Below are positions 35,182 through 45,597 of a stretch of 64,000 nucleotides of DNA, one piece after another. The stretch lies in the IMG/VR virus record IMGVR_UViG_2049941000_000098; one strand, given 5' to 3'. The translations under genes and the position numbers were made by a program. How positions within the stretch are numbered: the stretch's first letter is position 1; the number at the start of each line of letters is the position of its first letter. The DNA comes from an uncultured virus (IMG/VR IMGVR_UViG_2049941000_000098) (taxonomy: Duplodnaviria > Heunggongvirae > Uroviricota > Caudoviricetes). The notes below the pieces were generated by a model that had not been told where the DNA came from, did not search any database, and saw only the letters and a list, made by a program, of their open reading frames with translations.

Positions 35182-35249
35182 AAAAAAAACACGAACCGTT
35201 TGTTGATTCGTGTTTTTGATATTCATTAACCGTTTGTTGATTCGTGTTT
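35182..35249 (-). terminator. Intrinsic terminator with a 22-bp tandem duplication of one arm
   Basis: aaaaacacgaa...ttcgtgttttt hairpin; aaccgtttgttgattcgtgttt at 35194-35215 and 35228-35249. Confidence 0.7.
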
Positions 35250-35252
35250 ATT

Positions 35253-35534
35253 TTAGTTTGTAAACCTCCAACCGTAACCACTGCGTTGTTGTGAACGTTC
35301 GTATGAATCCAAACCTTCATTGTATATTTCACGAATCATGTCCGCCCATTCTTCGACCGTGTAATCCTTAAATAATCGGGTTTCAATCGAATTGTCCGCA
35401 CGAAACAATATGTCGTTGGTAAAATCGTCGTCCGACCATACCGACACAAACCCCTCGGAAAAATTCAAAACCACATCCTTGATTCCTTCTTCGTTCAATA
35501 TGCGGCGCAATTTCGCGTTCCGTACATCCCTCAT
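35253..35534 (-). CDS. Small acidic hypothetical protein
   Basis: 93-aa ORF. Confidence 0.65.
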   Translation of the reverse strand: MRDVRNAKLRRILNEEGIKDVVLNFSEGFVSVWSDDDFTNDILFRADNSIETRLFKDYTVEEWADMIREIYNEGLDSYERSQQRSGYGWRFTN

Positions 35535-35546
35535 GGTTGTAATCTA

Positions 35547-35803
35547 TTATTCACTAAATCTATATGAAAGACCATATTGGCGGTCATAACGGTAACTAAC
35601 CATAATGTTCGATGCACCCGTCGCCGCTTTCCATTCTTCCAATCTTTGCATATCTACAAACGCATTTTTTGTACTCAAGAAAATCGCGTTGTTTCCTTCG
35701 TCGTCTTTTCCGTAAGATACGCTTACAATCCCAGGCACAACTGTTTGATTTTTGCCTCAAATTCAGTGTTGTTCATTTCACTGTCTTGAATCCGATTGTT
35801 CAT
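35547..35803 (-). CDS. Small protein, paralog of 43274..43561, with an apparent 1-nt frameshift near 35745
   Basis: MNNRIQDS...EAKIK then shifts to TVVPGIVSVSY...TKNAFV...LEEW. Confidence 0.55.
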
Positions 35804-35856
35804 TAACTTTTTAAAGTTCATAATCATTATATTTTAAATTGTTAANNNNNNNNNNG

Positions 35857-36253
35857 TCACAAGTTCACAATTGAATTTCTTTGTGAATTGCGGCGTTCCC
35901 GTGAATTGGTAGTTGTAATCAAAATTGAATGCCAATGACGAATCGGTTTGTTGTTGTATCACACGGGACACAACGCCACCTAACGCCTTATTGATAACCA
36001 TACCAATACCTTTCGTAGAACCGTTTATCCAATTGGCGAATTGTTCCATCAACGAACCGACCTGAACACCTGCGGTAAACTCGCCGATTGGCGACGTAAG
36101 GTACAGACAGCCGTTTTCACCGAGTATGTTTGTCGATGTGCCGTTTATTTCGGTAAGCGAGCCGCCGCTTGCGGGGGTTGCCACGTTGTAAGCGTATATC
36201 TTCAACTTGTTCAACTCCCGTATCGATTCAATATTTATGCCGTCCATTGCCAT
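35857..36253 (-). CDS. N-terminal part of a tail/baseplate protein
   Basis: Follows the hydrolase-like gene; runs into a gap. Confidence 0.55.
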
Positions 36254-37422
36254 TATCCGTTTCCTTTCTTAACGTTGCGTTCAACGTATTGTCGCCGCGT
36301 GTTGTCCTGATACTGCGACGTTTCGTATGTGATTGTTCCGCCGCCGTTTCGTGCAACCATTATGTTCTGTAAGGGTTTGGGCGCACCTAAAAATTGCGCG
36401 TCATAACACTTTGAAAGATAATCAATTGACACATTCAGATTACTTTCGTGCCATGCCATTCCCTTTAACACCGCAATATACACATTTTTATCGGTAATAT
36501 CAACCCGCGAATATTCGTTTATATTAACCAATCCCGTGGCGTTCGCGCGTCTAACTACGTCGATGACATACGCTTGGGTTGCCTGACTGCCCGCGTATTC
36601 GTCCGTTGTCGGGCAATACTTATACAACCATTCGTGTATCGAATAAAGTCCGTAACGTTTCTGATACGACATGATGTTCCGCGCCGCCGCACGGAATGAA
36701 TAATACGGGTCGGAAAACGCCAAAAAGTAACCCGCACCCTCTATATAGTGCATTCCTGTAAGACCTTCCCATTTATCGGTGTGTAACGATTTGTCCTTAT
36801 ATTGGACAGGACGGATATTCAACGGGTTTCCATATTGGGCGGAAGGCATCTGTGTACGTTTGTATTCAAACTGTCCCGCCGTGTTCTGAACGTTTATCCG
36901 TTCACCCTGTGTGAATCCCTTTGGATGTCCCGACAACGGGGCGGACGGGGTAAAATCAAATTTGCTTATGTCAAACGTTTTGTTCCCGTCTTTTTTGGGG
37001 ATTTCAAAATCGATGTCGGGTAACGAAAAACCGTCACCCTTTGTTTTCACAGCCGCAACCGCCGTGGTAATCGCACCGCCAACCAACGCCGTTGTGACAA
37101 CGATTATGGGGGTGATGTCGTCACTGTCGTCCTCGGTTTCCTTTTCCAAATCGTCACCGTTTTCATCATCCTCGTTCCGTGTCGTCGTGACCCGTGCGCC
37201 AAACAACCCCGACAGTCGGGATTTGAAACCCTTCGGCTTTATTTCCCCGACAGTCGGGAACGTCGGTAATTCGGATAATTTGAAAGTGTTTTTCAGTTTG
37301 TCCGCGATATTTTTGATTTTGTTAATCGCGGTTTCCGTGAAAAACCGTCCGATTTTGTGTACGATTTCCTTTTTGCCGATTTTTAACGCAATCTTTGATA
37401 ATATTTTGAATGGAATAGCCAT
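36253..37422 (-). CDS. Virion protein with lysozyme-like (NPxNIR family) C-terminal domain
   Basis: GNPLNIR...FSDPYYSFRAAARNIMSYQ...KYCP...MAWHES. Confidence 0.6.
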   Translation of the reverse strand: MAIPFKILSKIALKIGKKEIVHKIGRFFTETAINKIKNIADKLKNTFKLSELPTFPTVGEIKPKGFKSRLSGLFGARVTTTRNEDDENGDDLEKETEDDSDDITPIIVVTTALVGGAITTAVAAVKTKGDGFSLPDIDFEIPKKDGNKTFDISKFDFTPSAPLSGHPKGFTQGERINVQNTAGQFEYKRTQMPSAQYGNPLNIRPVQYKDKSLHTDKWEGLTGMHYIEGAGYFLAFSDPYYSFRAAARNIMSYQKRYGLYSIHEWLYKYCPTTDEYAGSQATQAYVIDVVRRANATGLVNINEYSRVDITDKNVYIAVLKGMAWHESNLNVSIDYLSKCYDAQFLGAPKPLQNIMVARNGGGTITYETSQYQDNTRRQYVERNVKKGNG

Positions 37423-37424
37423 CG

Positions 37425-39021
37425 TTATTTAATATCTAACGGGGACAAAGACGGTTGAACAGTCACTTCGGTTGTTATGAATGTGTTGTTTGATACAATA
37501 TTCGGCGCATCCCCGTTCGTGTCCGAAAACGCAAGGTTGGATGTCAACCCGTTGAACGCGCTACCCGTCATGCCGCCCAAATCGTAGTTACCGTTGTTAT
37601 CGAACCATTCGGGGTGGTTTTGCATGTCTTGGTATTTTTTCTGTTCACCCTCGTATGTTTCTTTGTATTTCGGATTCAAATAATCCATTTGCATAGGATT
37701 ATATGCCATACCCGTCGGGGCGGTCATCGACCGTTGTGCTAAATTATTACGATACGATTCGCGTTTTAAAAATTCCGCATTTTTTTGTTGGTAAAGATAA
37801 TCAAGTTCCGCCACTTCCGTTTTTATCCGTTGACGTTCCAACGCGGTCAGATTTTCGTTTTTCAACGCGGTTTCATATTCCTTTCGGGCGGCTTCGTATT
37901 TTTCGGTTAATTCCCGTTGGTTGTCTATATCGTGAGCCGCCGCCGCAAACGAACCGACAAGCGCACCCGCNNNNNNNNNNNNNNNNNNNNNNNNNNNNNN
38001 NNNNNNNNNNNNNNNNNNNNNNNNNNNNNNNNNNNNNNNNNNNNNNNNNNNNNNNNNNNNNNNNNNCCGCTGATGCCGCAACTATCCCCGCTTCTTCCAT
38101 CGCTTCTTTCTGTTCGTCGGTCGCGTTACCGTAATATTTGTTGTACAGTTCCTTTAACGTCAATGCAAAATCCAATATTTCCCCAACGGCGTGCATAACC
38201 CATTGTATGCCCTCGGAAAGTTTAGGAAAGTTTTTCGTAAACCAATCCGTAAACGGTCGCCACATCGGTTCGGTCATCTCGACGATACCGCCAAGAATAC
38301 GTTTTATCACCCCACCGAAAAGAAAAATCGCGGCAACCAACAATATTTTCTTCAACCGACCCCACCATTTGCCGAACCCGCTTTTGATTTTACTTTTTAT
38401 CGAACGTTCCATACGTTTGTTATCCTGACGCAGGTTGTGTTCCGACCGATGGATTGAACCCCGAATCGATTTCAAATAATGAATCGTGCGCACATGGTGT
38501 TTGCTACCCTTTTCGTCATCGGACGAATCCGTGGGGATTGTACCGTTGGTTGTCGGTGTGGTTGTGTTGTCTTTGGTTTTCTCGTCTAACCTTTTCTTGA
38601 TTTCCTTAATATCATTTCCCTGTGCCGTTGTGTCCGATTGTAGTTTCTCCACGATAGCCAACACACGGTGTTGGTTTACACTAATGGCTTGTACGTTGTT
38701 TTGTATGTTGCTCAAAACACCGCTTGATGCCACATTATTCCCGCTGTCGTTGTTTCCCGCGTCCTTTTTGTTGAAATAGTTGTAGATACTTTCCGCAAGA
38801 CCGTTGATATTGTTGTTCAGGTCGTCCGCCTTTTTATCCACGGTTTCCATTTTGTCGTTCGTGTCGATAATCCGTTGTTCGGTTTCAACACCGTTGTCAA
38901 GTATTTCGTACAACAAATCCGTGAACTCCTCGAATTTTTCGTTGTCCGACAAATCCAATGTCCCGTCTTCCTTTAGTTTTTCAACCAATTCCTCGGCAAG
39001 ATTTTCAACTAATTTGCTCAT
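37425..39021 (-). CDS. Tape-measure-like protein (two ORFs joined across a gap)
   Basis: Coiled-coil N-terminus, hydrophobic and Ala/Gly-rich segments, position after tube and chaperone genes. Confidence 0.55.
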
Positions 39022-39802
39022 TGTCGCGTGCCTCCGCCTTTAAATATTCACAAAAATTTTTATATTCGGGAATAGTGAAATCAAGGAATGATTTGAAATC
39101 CAAATAATCACGAATCACGGCGTATTGCGCCACAAACGACGGAACGTCCGTCTTGACCCACGAGGAATCAAGTTCCATGTGGACGGTCGTGTCTTTGCCG
39201 CATTTACTACATTTGCATTTTTTCTCCAACACCATACCGTGTTTGTTCGCTTTTATGAATATGAAACAACTTACGTATATCGCCACGGGGATTGTGCTGA
39301 CCCACGCGATGTTTTCCTCTGTTATTTCCCGACCAAGCACCTTGCACACGGTCGCGTCCTCCACCATTTTGTCATGTTCCGTGTCGTCCAACGCGTATGT
39401 GTATATATCCACGCCGTCCGCCGCCGACAATACGTGATAGTTGTATTCGACACCCTCAAGAATTTTCTTACATTTTTTGAAATGTTTGTCGAGTGTGACG
39501 ACGGGGATGTCGTCAACACCGATTGTGAAACTGTCCCGAATCGGATTCCCGCACGCGCACGTAACGGTGAATTTCAGTGTATTGAACGAACACGCCGCCG
39601 CCGCCAACGAATAAAGATGTTCAACGTCGTCCATAGTGACCTTTTTCGGGTCAAATTCACACAGCCCACTTACAAATTCATACTTGAACAGGTAATCGTC
39701 GGTTGTTGCGCTTAACGCGCGTCTGACATCACCGTAATTGGGTTCGCGCATATCAACGTACCGCGTCCCCAACAAACCGTTGCTTGGTAGTATTATTTTC
39801 AT
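39005..39802 (-). CDS. Baseplate hub assembly/tail chaperone (T4 gp26/gp51-like)
   Basis: ILPSNG start, TCACG and CSKCG Zn-ribbon motifs. Confidence 0.6.
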   Translation of the reverse strand: MKIILPSNGLLGTRYVDMREPNYGDVRRALSATTDDYLFKYEFVSGLCEFDPKKVTMDDVEHLYSLAAAACSFNTLKFTVTCACGNPIRDSFTIGVDDIPVVTLDKHFKKCKKILEGVEYNYHVLSAADGVDIYTYALDDTEHDKMVEDATVCKVLGREITEENIAWVSTIPVAIYVSCFIFIKANKHGMVLEKKCKCSKCGKDTTVHMELDSSWVKTDVPSFVAQYAVIRDYLDFKSFLDFTIPEYKNFCEYLKAEARDNEQIS

Positions 39803-39814
39803 ATCTCATTGTTG

Positions 39815-40438
39815 TTATTGTTGTTTTTTGATTTTCGCGGGATTGTCACGATGTGCGTAATCGTCGAACAGGAACTCCTTGTATTTTGAAAACGACACGT
39901 TCGTTTTGTAAACAATTATGTCGTTGTTCGACGGGGACATCATGTATGTCGGATATGTGAACATACAATCGTACATTTCATACACGACCTTATTTGTGTG
40001 CAGATTCACGACAAACAGGGCGGGTAGATTCCAATCGTTTGTTTTGATTCGGAACGTGCCTTTAGCCGTTATCTGTTGGTTGTAATAGTAGTGAACCAAC
40101 GATGTGTATGTCTTGCGTGTTTTAATATCGTAATACGGGGTCGCGATATACCCGAAGTCAAAATCCTTGTTGAACGAAAAATCCGCCGTCGGGAAACCGA
40201 GTTTGTCTTTTGTCCTACCGAACCCGTTTCCCAACATTCCCGTACCGATATTTGTCACAATCAAATTTTGAAACATCGTGCTATCGGTCTGTATGTTGTA
40301 TTCGGGAACAATCACAATGGTATAATCGGATTGCAGGCTCGGAACAAACGCGGCATCACCCGCGCCGTTGATGTTGAAATAACTGTAATCCTCAATCAAC
40401 TGTTTGAAATTCGTCAATTGTGTGCCTACCAATCCCAT
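39815..40438 (-). CDS. Tail tube-like protein
   Basis: Position; VYEMYDCMF...VSFSKY. Confidence 0.45.
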   Translation of the reverse strand: MGLVGTQLTNFKQLIEDYSYFNINGAGDAAFVPSLQSDYTIVIVPEYNIQTDSTMFQNLIVTNIGTGMLGNGFGRTKDKLGFPTADFSFNKDFDFGYIATPYYDIKTRKTYTSLVHYYYNQQITAKGTFRIKTNDWNLPALFVVNLHTNKVVYEMYDCMFTYPTYMMSPSNNDIIVYKTNVSFSKYKEFLFDDYAHRDNPAKIKKQQ

Positions 40439-40447
40439 AACCGTCCG

Positions 40448-41185
40448 TTATAAATAATCAATAAAATTCCGTCCCGCAAGGTTCTTTAATCCGCCGCCCA
40501 ACCGTTTGAACGTGTCAGCCAAATCCTCGACCCCTTTTTCGCCTTTAAGTGCGCCGACAGCCGCGTTGGTCGCCTTATTTGCACTCCAAGCGGCGACCGT
40601 GTTCGCGATAACACCAGCCTCCAACGCTAACGGTCGGTGAACGTCGTTGACATCGTATGTCGTTCCCAATATGTTATCCTCCATGTCAATCGGATTCTTG
40701 ATACCATTGTACCTGAACGTCAAATCGAATTTCATCGGGGTTGTCGCACCCGACGCTTCCAATGTCAACGGTGATATTTTTTCAAGGTAACAATTCTGCA
40801 ACACACAACCCATTATCGGGGCTGTCCCCGTCACACCGTCCGTTACATATATGTATATGTCTTTATATTCAACGGTTGACAACTTGTTAAGTATGTCGTT
40901 TGTGACCGTTTCACAATGCTGTTTCCAAAGTGACTGATATATCGACGACATTAATATGTTTTCACCCAACGTACAACTCCACGTACCCTGTTTCTTCATT
41001 TTCACAGGGATTGAATACAACACGCCGCGAATCGCAATTGTTTTGGATTCAATCTCGCCGAACGGCAACGTCGTCCTTTCAACTACGAACGGCGACGTTA
41101 ATATCGACGGAATCCAAACAATGTAATTGCATGTCGGTTGCGGCGCGATACACGCCATTCTGAACATTGTTAGTTTTCGCGACAT
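40448..41185 (-). CDS. Tail tube-like protein
   Basis: GTWSCTLGE, VLQNCYL, FDLTFRY, similar to 41199..41741. Confidence 0.55.
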   Translation of the reverse strand: MSRKLTMFRMACIAPQPTCNYIVWIPSILTSPFVVERTTLPFGEIESKTIAIRGVLYSIPVKMKKQGTWSCTLGENILMSSIYQSLWKQHCETVTNDILNKLSTVEYKDIYIYVTDGVTGTAPIMGCVLQNCYLEKISPLTLEASGATTPMKFDLTFRYNGIKNPIDMEDNILGTTYDVNDVHRPLALEAGVIANTVAAWSANKATNAAVGALKGEKGVEDLADTFKRLGGGLKNLAGRNFIDYL

Positions 41186-41198
41186 ACATATTCATTCG

Positions 41199-41741
41199 TT
41201 ATTGTTCACCGAACGGATTAGGTGAACCCGCGTTGTTTTTCAGTTTGTTTTCAATCCATTGGTATTGAAACTCGTAATTCCAATCCACACTGCTTGTAAC
41301 ATCCTGTGTTTTCAAATCAAAACCGTCACGTCCTAACAACCAACAACCATGCAAAACAACCGAGAAAACAATGTTATCCTGCAAATCGCGATGGAACACC
41401 TCAACGTCATACCACGGTGTCGGTGTCAACACACCCGAACGTTGGTCGTACTGTTGGTCTTTCAAACGGTCAAGTTCACGGCACGTTTGCCCCCTGTCGC
41501 CTTCGGGTACGGTGATAGTCCACGTACCGCTTGTTTCAGGTTTGGCGGCGTATGTAATTTTTTCACCCTGAAAATATTTTTCCATTTTACGCAATTTTTC
41601 GGACGGAAACTTTGTTGATGACACAACCGTCAACACATTTTCGTCTACCTTGTCTGTCAGTGACGTGATGCGGATTTGGAAATTATAGATATTCAACGGT
41701 TGCGTGATGTAACTCGCGAATGTGTTTATTTTTATACTCAT
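41199..41741 (-). CDS. Major tail tube protein (gp19-like)
   Basis: SGTWTITVPE, VLHGCWL, YEFQYQW; follows the sheath C-terminus. Confidence 0.75.
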   Translation of the reverse strand: MSIKINTFASYITQPLNIYNFQIRITSLTDKVDENVLTVVSSTKFPSEKLRKMEKYFQGEKITYAAKPETSGTWTITVPEGDRGQTCRELDRLKDQQYDQRSGVLTPTPWYDVEVFHRDLQDNIVFSVVLHGCWLLGRDGFDLKTQDVTSSVDWNYEFQYQWIENKLKNNAGSPNPFGEQ

Positions 41742-41749
41742 AGCCTAAA

Positions 41750-41950
41750 TTATTTATAATCATTAAAATATTCCACCATTTCCTTTAAAGCACCGATATA
41801 CCCGCGTTCTGTCGCGTTGTTCGGGAAATACCGTTCGATTATCCCGTGGGATTCGTTCAAATCATTCACCAAACGTTTGATTAAAGACGCGGACGGAGCA
41901 ACCATCCATTCATCTTTGATTTTCCGTTTCACTAACTTTTTGAAATTCAT
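41750..41950 (-). CDS. Small protein with MNFKKLVKRKIKD leader, between sheath and tube
   Basis: 66-aa ORF from ATG at 41950. Confidence 0.6.
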   Translation of the reverse strand: MNFKKLVKRKIKDEWMVAPSASLIKRLVNDLNESHGIIERYFPNNATERGYIGALKEMVEYFNDYK

Positions 41951-41966
41951 ACCCAATCCCCCCCCG

Positions 41967-42433
41967 TTATGCAAATTCAGCCGTTACCGATGTGTCGGTG
42001 GCGATAATCTTAATCGACACGCGTTCCACCAATCCGATGAAGTGCAGACTTAATATGATATTCAACACCGTACCGCCTTTTGTCAGATAATCCGTATTGA
42101 TGGAATCCGAACAATCGGCGTATGAATCGGCGTGCAAATCCTGATTCGCGATATACGTGTCGATTATACTGTTCAGCATCGTTGACAACGAAGCGCGTGT
42201 AATCGGGTTCGATGCCGCGTCGGTGTGCAATGTTTCAATCGCAATCGGGAATATGTTTTTCAGCAACATCGTACAAACGCGCATCACGTTTATCTTCCCG
42301 AAGTAAGACGACTGACGGCTGTACGCCGTGCGTGTACCCCAAATAATATTGCCGCGTTTCGATGCGAACACGCTGTTGATACCTTTTTCCATAAGGTCGA
42401 TGACCTTACCCGGCCACTTCCGTTTTTATCCGT
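41967..42433 (-). CDS. Tail sheath protein, C-terminal part
   Basis: GINSVF...IIWGTRT...INVMRV...CSDSINT...VERVSI. Confidence 0.85.
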
Positions 42434-42443
42434 NNNNNNNNNN

Positions 42444-42576
42444 TGACGGTGCTGCTGTACATCACAGCGCCGGAGCTGCTGCGCCTGCTGGGCGGGGATG
42501 ACGGGACGCTGCCCGCGGCCCTGGGGTATTTCCGGATCTATGTACTCGGAACGATCCCGGTGCAGATCAGCCTGGG
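42444..42576 (+). other. High-GC fragment resembling a bacterial MATE efflux transporter; probable assembly contaminant
   Basis: Bounded by gaps, opposite strand, GC-rich; LLYITAPELLRLLGGDDGTLPAALGYFRIY. Confidence 0.65.
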
Positions 42577-42586
42577 NNNNNNNNNN

Positions 42587-42950
42587 TCAAATGTATATCC
42601 ATCTATAAATTCCGTAGCCACACCTTTAACATAATCGGGACTAAATTTGTCATAAGCCGCCAAAATAGCATCTTCCTCTTCATCATTAGCGAACTCGTAT
42701 TCCGATTCATATCCTTCCGTATCTATAATGATACTTTGGTAATTGTGTCCGTCCCAATAATTGATATACGTTGCTTTGGTATAATTTTGATTTTCTTCTA
42801 CAAATTGTTTTACAACGTCAGATAAAAATTCATCTTTACCATTATCCAATTCAACGGAATCACCATCGGTTGTTTGGATTATATTTTTATACACCCAATC
42901 TTTAAAATCTTCATCATCAATGCCATAGGTTTGTTATATCGACGACATTA
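42587..42950 (-). CDS. Acidic hypothetical protein, partial
   Basis: TYINYWDGHNYQSIII; ends in a gap. Confidence 0.5.
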
Positions 42951-43033
42951 ATNNNNNNNNNNGAGCCTTCATACCATTGTGTTAAAACTAAATTGCGGTC
43001 ATCATAATACGATTCACTATACTTTTTCATACT

Positions 43034-43066
43034 TCTAAAATTTTAAATTGTTAAACAAATTCCAAA
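43034..43066 (-). repeat. 33-bp exact repeat (gene leader), second copy at 58621..58653
   Basis: tttggaatttgtttaacaatttaaaattttaga directly upstream of an ATG at both sites. Confidence 0.9.
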
Positions 43067-43236
43067 TGGTACGATTAAATATAATACTTATCCTTTGCTT
43101 CGCGTATTTTCTGAACGTTGCGGTTGATGATTTCAATCGCGTCAAGGACAACCATGCTGTTGAATTTTCCTTTCTTTTCGTACTGTTCAAGTAGAAACTC
43201 AACTTCCTGTTCGATTTCCTGTAAATATTTTTCCAT
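43043..43236 (-). CDS. Small hypothetical protein (not in ORF track)
   Basis: Manual translation MEKYLQEIEQEVEFLLEQYEKKG...; ends approximate. Confidence 0.45.
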
Positions 43237-43273
43237 GACCGTAATTGTTTATCGTTCGTAAGTCAAGGAATCA

Positions 43274-43561
43274 TTAACCGCGTAAATATATTGTGTATAT
43301 AAAACCTTCTCTTCCGTCGGCGAATATATCAACATCAATATCCACCGCGTTTAATTTGGCGCACCATTCGTTCAATTTGCTTGCACTTACAAATACGTTT
43401 TTGGTATATGCAACAACCAAACCACCGCCCGTGTCACTCTTTAAACGATATTCTGTCTTATAAACGCCTTTGATAACCTTTTTTATTGCCGCGTCCATTT
43501 CGCCGTTCACATCAAGTCCTTGTGCGTCTGAAACCCGTTTTGCCATTTTTTTAATGTTCAT
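43274..43561 (-). CDS. Small protein with MNIKKMAKRVSD leader
   Basis: 95-aa ORF; paralog of 35547..35803. Confidence 0.7.
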   Translation of the reverse strand: MNIKKMAKRVSDAQGLDVNGEMDAAIKKVIKGVYKTEYRLKSDTGGGLVVAYTKNVFVSASKLNEWCAKLNAVDIDVDIFADGREGFIYTIYLRG

Positions 43562-44398
43562 AATTGNNNNNNNNNNNNNNNNNNNNNNNNNNNNNNNNNN
43601 NNNNNNNNNNNNNNNNNNNNNNNNNNNNNNNNNNNNNNNNNNNNNNNNNNNNNNNNNNNNNNNNNNNNNNNNNNNNNNNNNNNNNNNNNNNNNNNNNNNN
43701 NNNNNNNNNNNNNNNNNNNNNNNNNNNNNNNNNNNNNNNNNNNNNNNNNNNNNNNNNNNNNNNNNNNNNNNNNNNNNNNNNNNNNNNNNNNNNNNNNNNN
43801 NNNNNNNNNNNNNNNNNNNNNNNNNNNNNNNNNNNNNNNNNNNNNNNNNNNNNNNNNNNNNNNNNNNNNNNNNNNNNNNNNNNNNNNNNNNNNNNNNNNN
43901 NNNNNNNNNNNNNNNNNNNNNNNNNNNNNNNNNNNNNNNNNNNNNNNNNNNNNNNNNNNNNNNNNNNNNNNNNNNNNNNNNNNNNNNNNNNNNNNNNNNN
44001 NNNNNNNNNNNNNNNNNNNNNNNNNNNNNNNNNNNNNNNNNNNNNNNNNNNNNNNNNNNNNNNNNNNNNNNNNNNNNNNNNNNNNNNNNNNNNNNNNNNN
44101 NNNNNNNNNNNNNNNNNNNNNNNNNNNNNNNNNNNNNNNNNNNNNNNNNNNNNNNNNNNNNNNNNNNNNNNNNNNNNNNNNNNNNNNNNNNNNNNNNNNN
44201 NNNNNNNNNNNNNNNNNNNNNNNNNNNNNNNNNNNNNNNNNNNNNNNNNNNNNNNNNNNNNNNNNNNNNNNNNNNNNNNNNNNNNNNNNNNNNNNNNNNN
44301 NNNNNNNNNNNNNNNNNNNNNNNNNNNNNNNNNNNNNNNNNNNNNNNNNNNNNNNNNNNNNNNNNNNNNNNNNNNNNNNNNNNNNNNNNNNNNNNNNA

Positions 44399-45157
44399 CT
44401 AAAAAAATACGATTTGTGAAATTATTTCCATACCCCCCTTGATATACAACATCCTGTGTGATTCCTTTTCCGACAGATTGAACCGTATTCGTGATTGGAA
44501 CGGCAACCACGTTTCGTTGTCGAATGAATATTCCGTCGGGTTTCCGCCCCAAACAATGTCGAGAACAACGTCTTTAGGCACAATCGGGGGTTCGGGTGTC
44601 GGTTCAGGTTCAACGTCACCGTCCCCGCCGTCACCGTCCGACGGTTTAACGTCACCGTGTTCATACACATTCAAATCGGGAATCGGTAACAGGGTGTCCC
44701 CGTCCAACAACGTAAGTTTGTATATGTTCAAAGGGTCAACAAACGTTGTCCTTTCGGGGTACACAATCAATTGAATCAAACCGCTAATGTCACGGTTCAT
44801 CGGTTTGACGTGATGTATCGTGTAAAGATTACCCTCGTGCAACAACATGTCGTCACGACGCGGCATACGCGGCAATCCCGTCATCGTCGTCAGCACCTCA
44901 TACGGTATCGCAGACTCTTTATCGTCCAACAGTTCGTCAGAATCGTCGGGGACGAACGTAAGTTCTTCCGTTTTGCGGAAAACCGCAAGTTTTTTGATAC
45001 GGTCAACCTCGGCGATACGGCTGTCCTGATAATGGTCAACCGACAAATCGTTGTATATGACGATTACTTCGGACGCGAGGGCGTTATGGGACAACTGAAT
45101 ATCAGCCATCCCAACCGCCATTGTCGATAATATGTCTCGCCTGTAATCGTGCCGCAT
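44399..45157 (-). CDS. Putative head-tail joining/neck protein
   Basis: PRRDDML...LYTIHHVKP; position upstream of the tail module. Confidence 0.45.
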   Translation of the reverse strand: MRHDYRRDILSTMAVGMADIQLSHNALASEVIVIYNDLSVDHYQDSRIAEVDRIKKLAVFRKTEELTFVPDDSDELLDDKESAIPYEVLTTMTGLPRMPRRDDMLLHEGNLYTIHHVKPMNRDISGLIQLIVYPERTTFVDPLNIYKLTLLDGDTLLPIPDLNVYEHGDVKPSDGDGGDGDVEPEPTPEPPIVPKDVVLDIVWGGNPTEYSFDNETWLPFQSRIRFNLSEKESHRMLYIKGGMEIISQIVFF

Positions 45158-45160
45158 AGA

Positions 45161-45523
45161 TTATTTACTTAACGAACGTTCAGCCTTGGTTTTGCCTGCA
45201 CACCGATAGTTGTATATTTATGATAAAACAACCGCATAACGACGTGAATCATCATCATCATCGTTATCATTAAATACTACCACATCTGTACGAGTATAGT
45301 CTGAATATTTCACCTCTTCAATATCTACATCAGATATTTCACGAGCGACCACCCTTCCTGCGTAGTCACCATAATCATATGCAAACTCAACCTCCATGTC
45401 TCCATCGAATTGTTGTAGTTCTTGTATCAATTCATCTACTGTCATAATTGTACGATTTTAAATATTTAAAAATTACTTTTCAATGACCGTTCAGCCTTTG
45501 TTTTCCCCGTGCGTTGGTAGTCA
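45161..45523 (-). repeat. Diverged direct repeat of a gene 3' end (45161-45211 / 45473-45523) flanking one gene
   Basis: Encodes NYRCAGKTKAERSLSK* vs DYQRTGKTKAERSLKK*. Confidence 0.85.
45218..45445 (-). CDS. Small acidic hypothetical protein (cargo)
   Basis: MTVDELIQELQQFDGDMEV..., AT-rich. Confidence 0.75.
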   Translation of the reverse strand: MTVDELIQELQQFDGDMEVEFAYDYGDYAGRVVAREISDVDIEEVKYSDYTRTDVVVFNDNDDDDDSRRYAVVLS

Positions 45524-45597
45524 ACCAACGATTTGCTGATTTTTTTCGCCGTCGTGCATGTCGCCGTAAGGCTTTTGTTTGTCGGATTCAATTTCAT
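45473..45597 (-). CDS. Small basic protein (~41 aa, not in ORF track)
   Basis: MKLNPTNKSLTATCTTAKKISKSLVDYQRTGKTKAERSLKK; ATGA-coupled; synonymous divergence from its duplicate supports coding. Confidence 0.6.

Noticed and set aside
35253..35575. GYGWRFTN* vs GLSYRFSE* as a gene-end duplication
   Set aside because: Nucleotide similarity too low to support
42444..42576. Phage-borne MATE transporter
   Set aside because: 133-bp GC-rich, opposite-strand fragment bounded by gaps on both sides; almost certainly a foreign read joined into the scaffold
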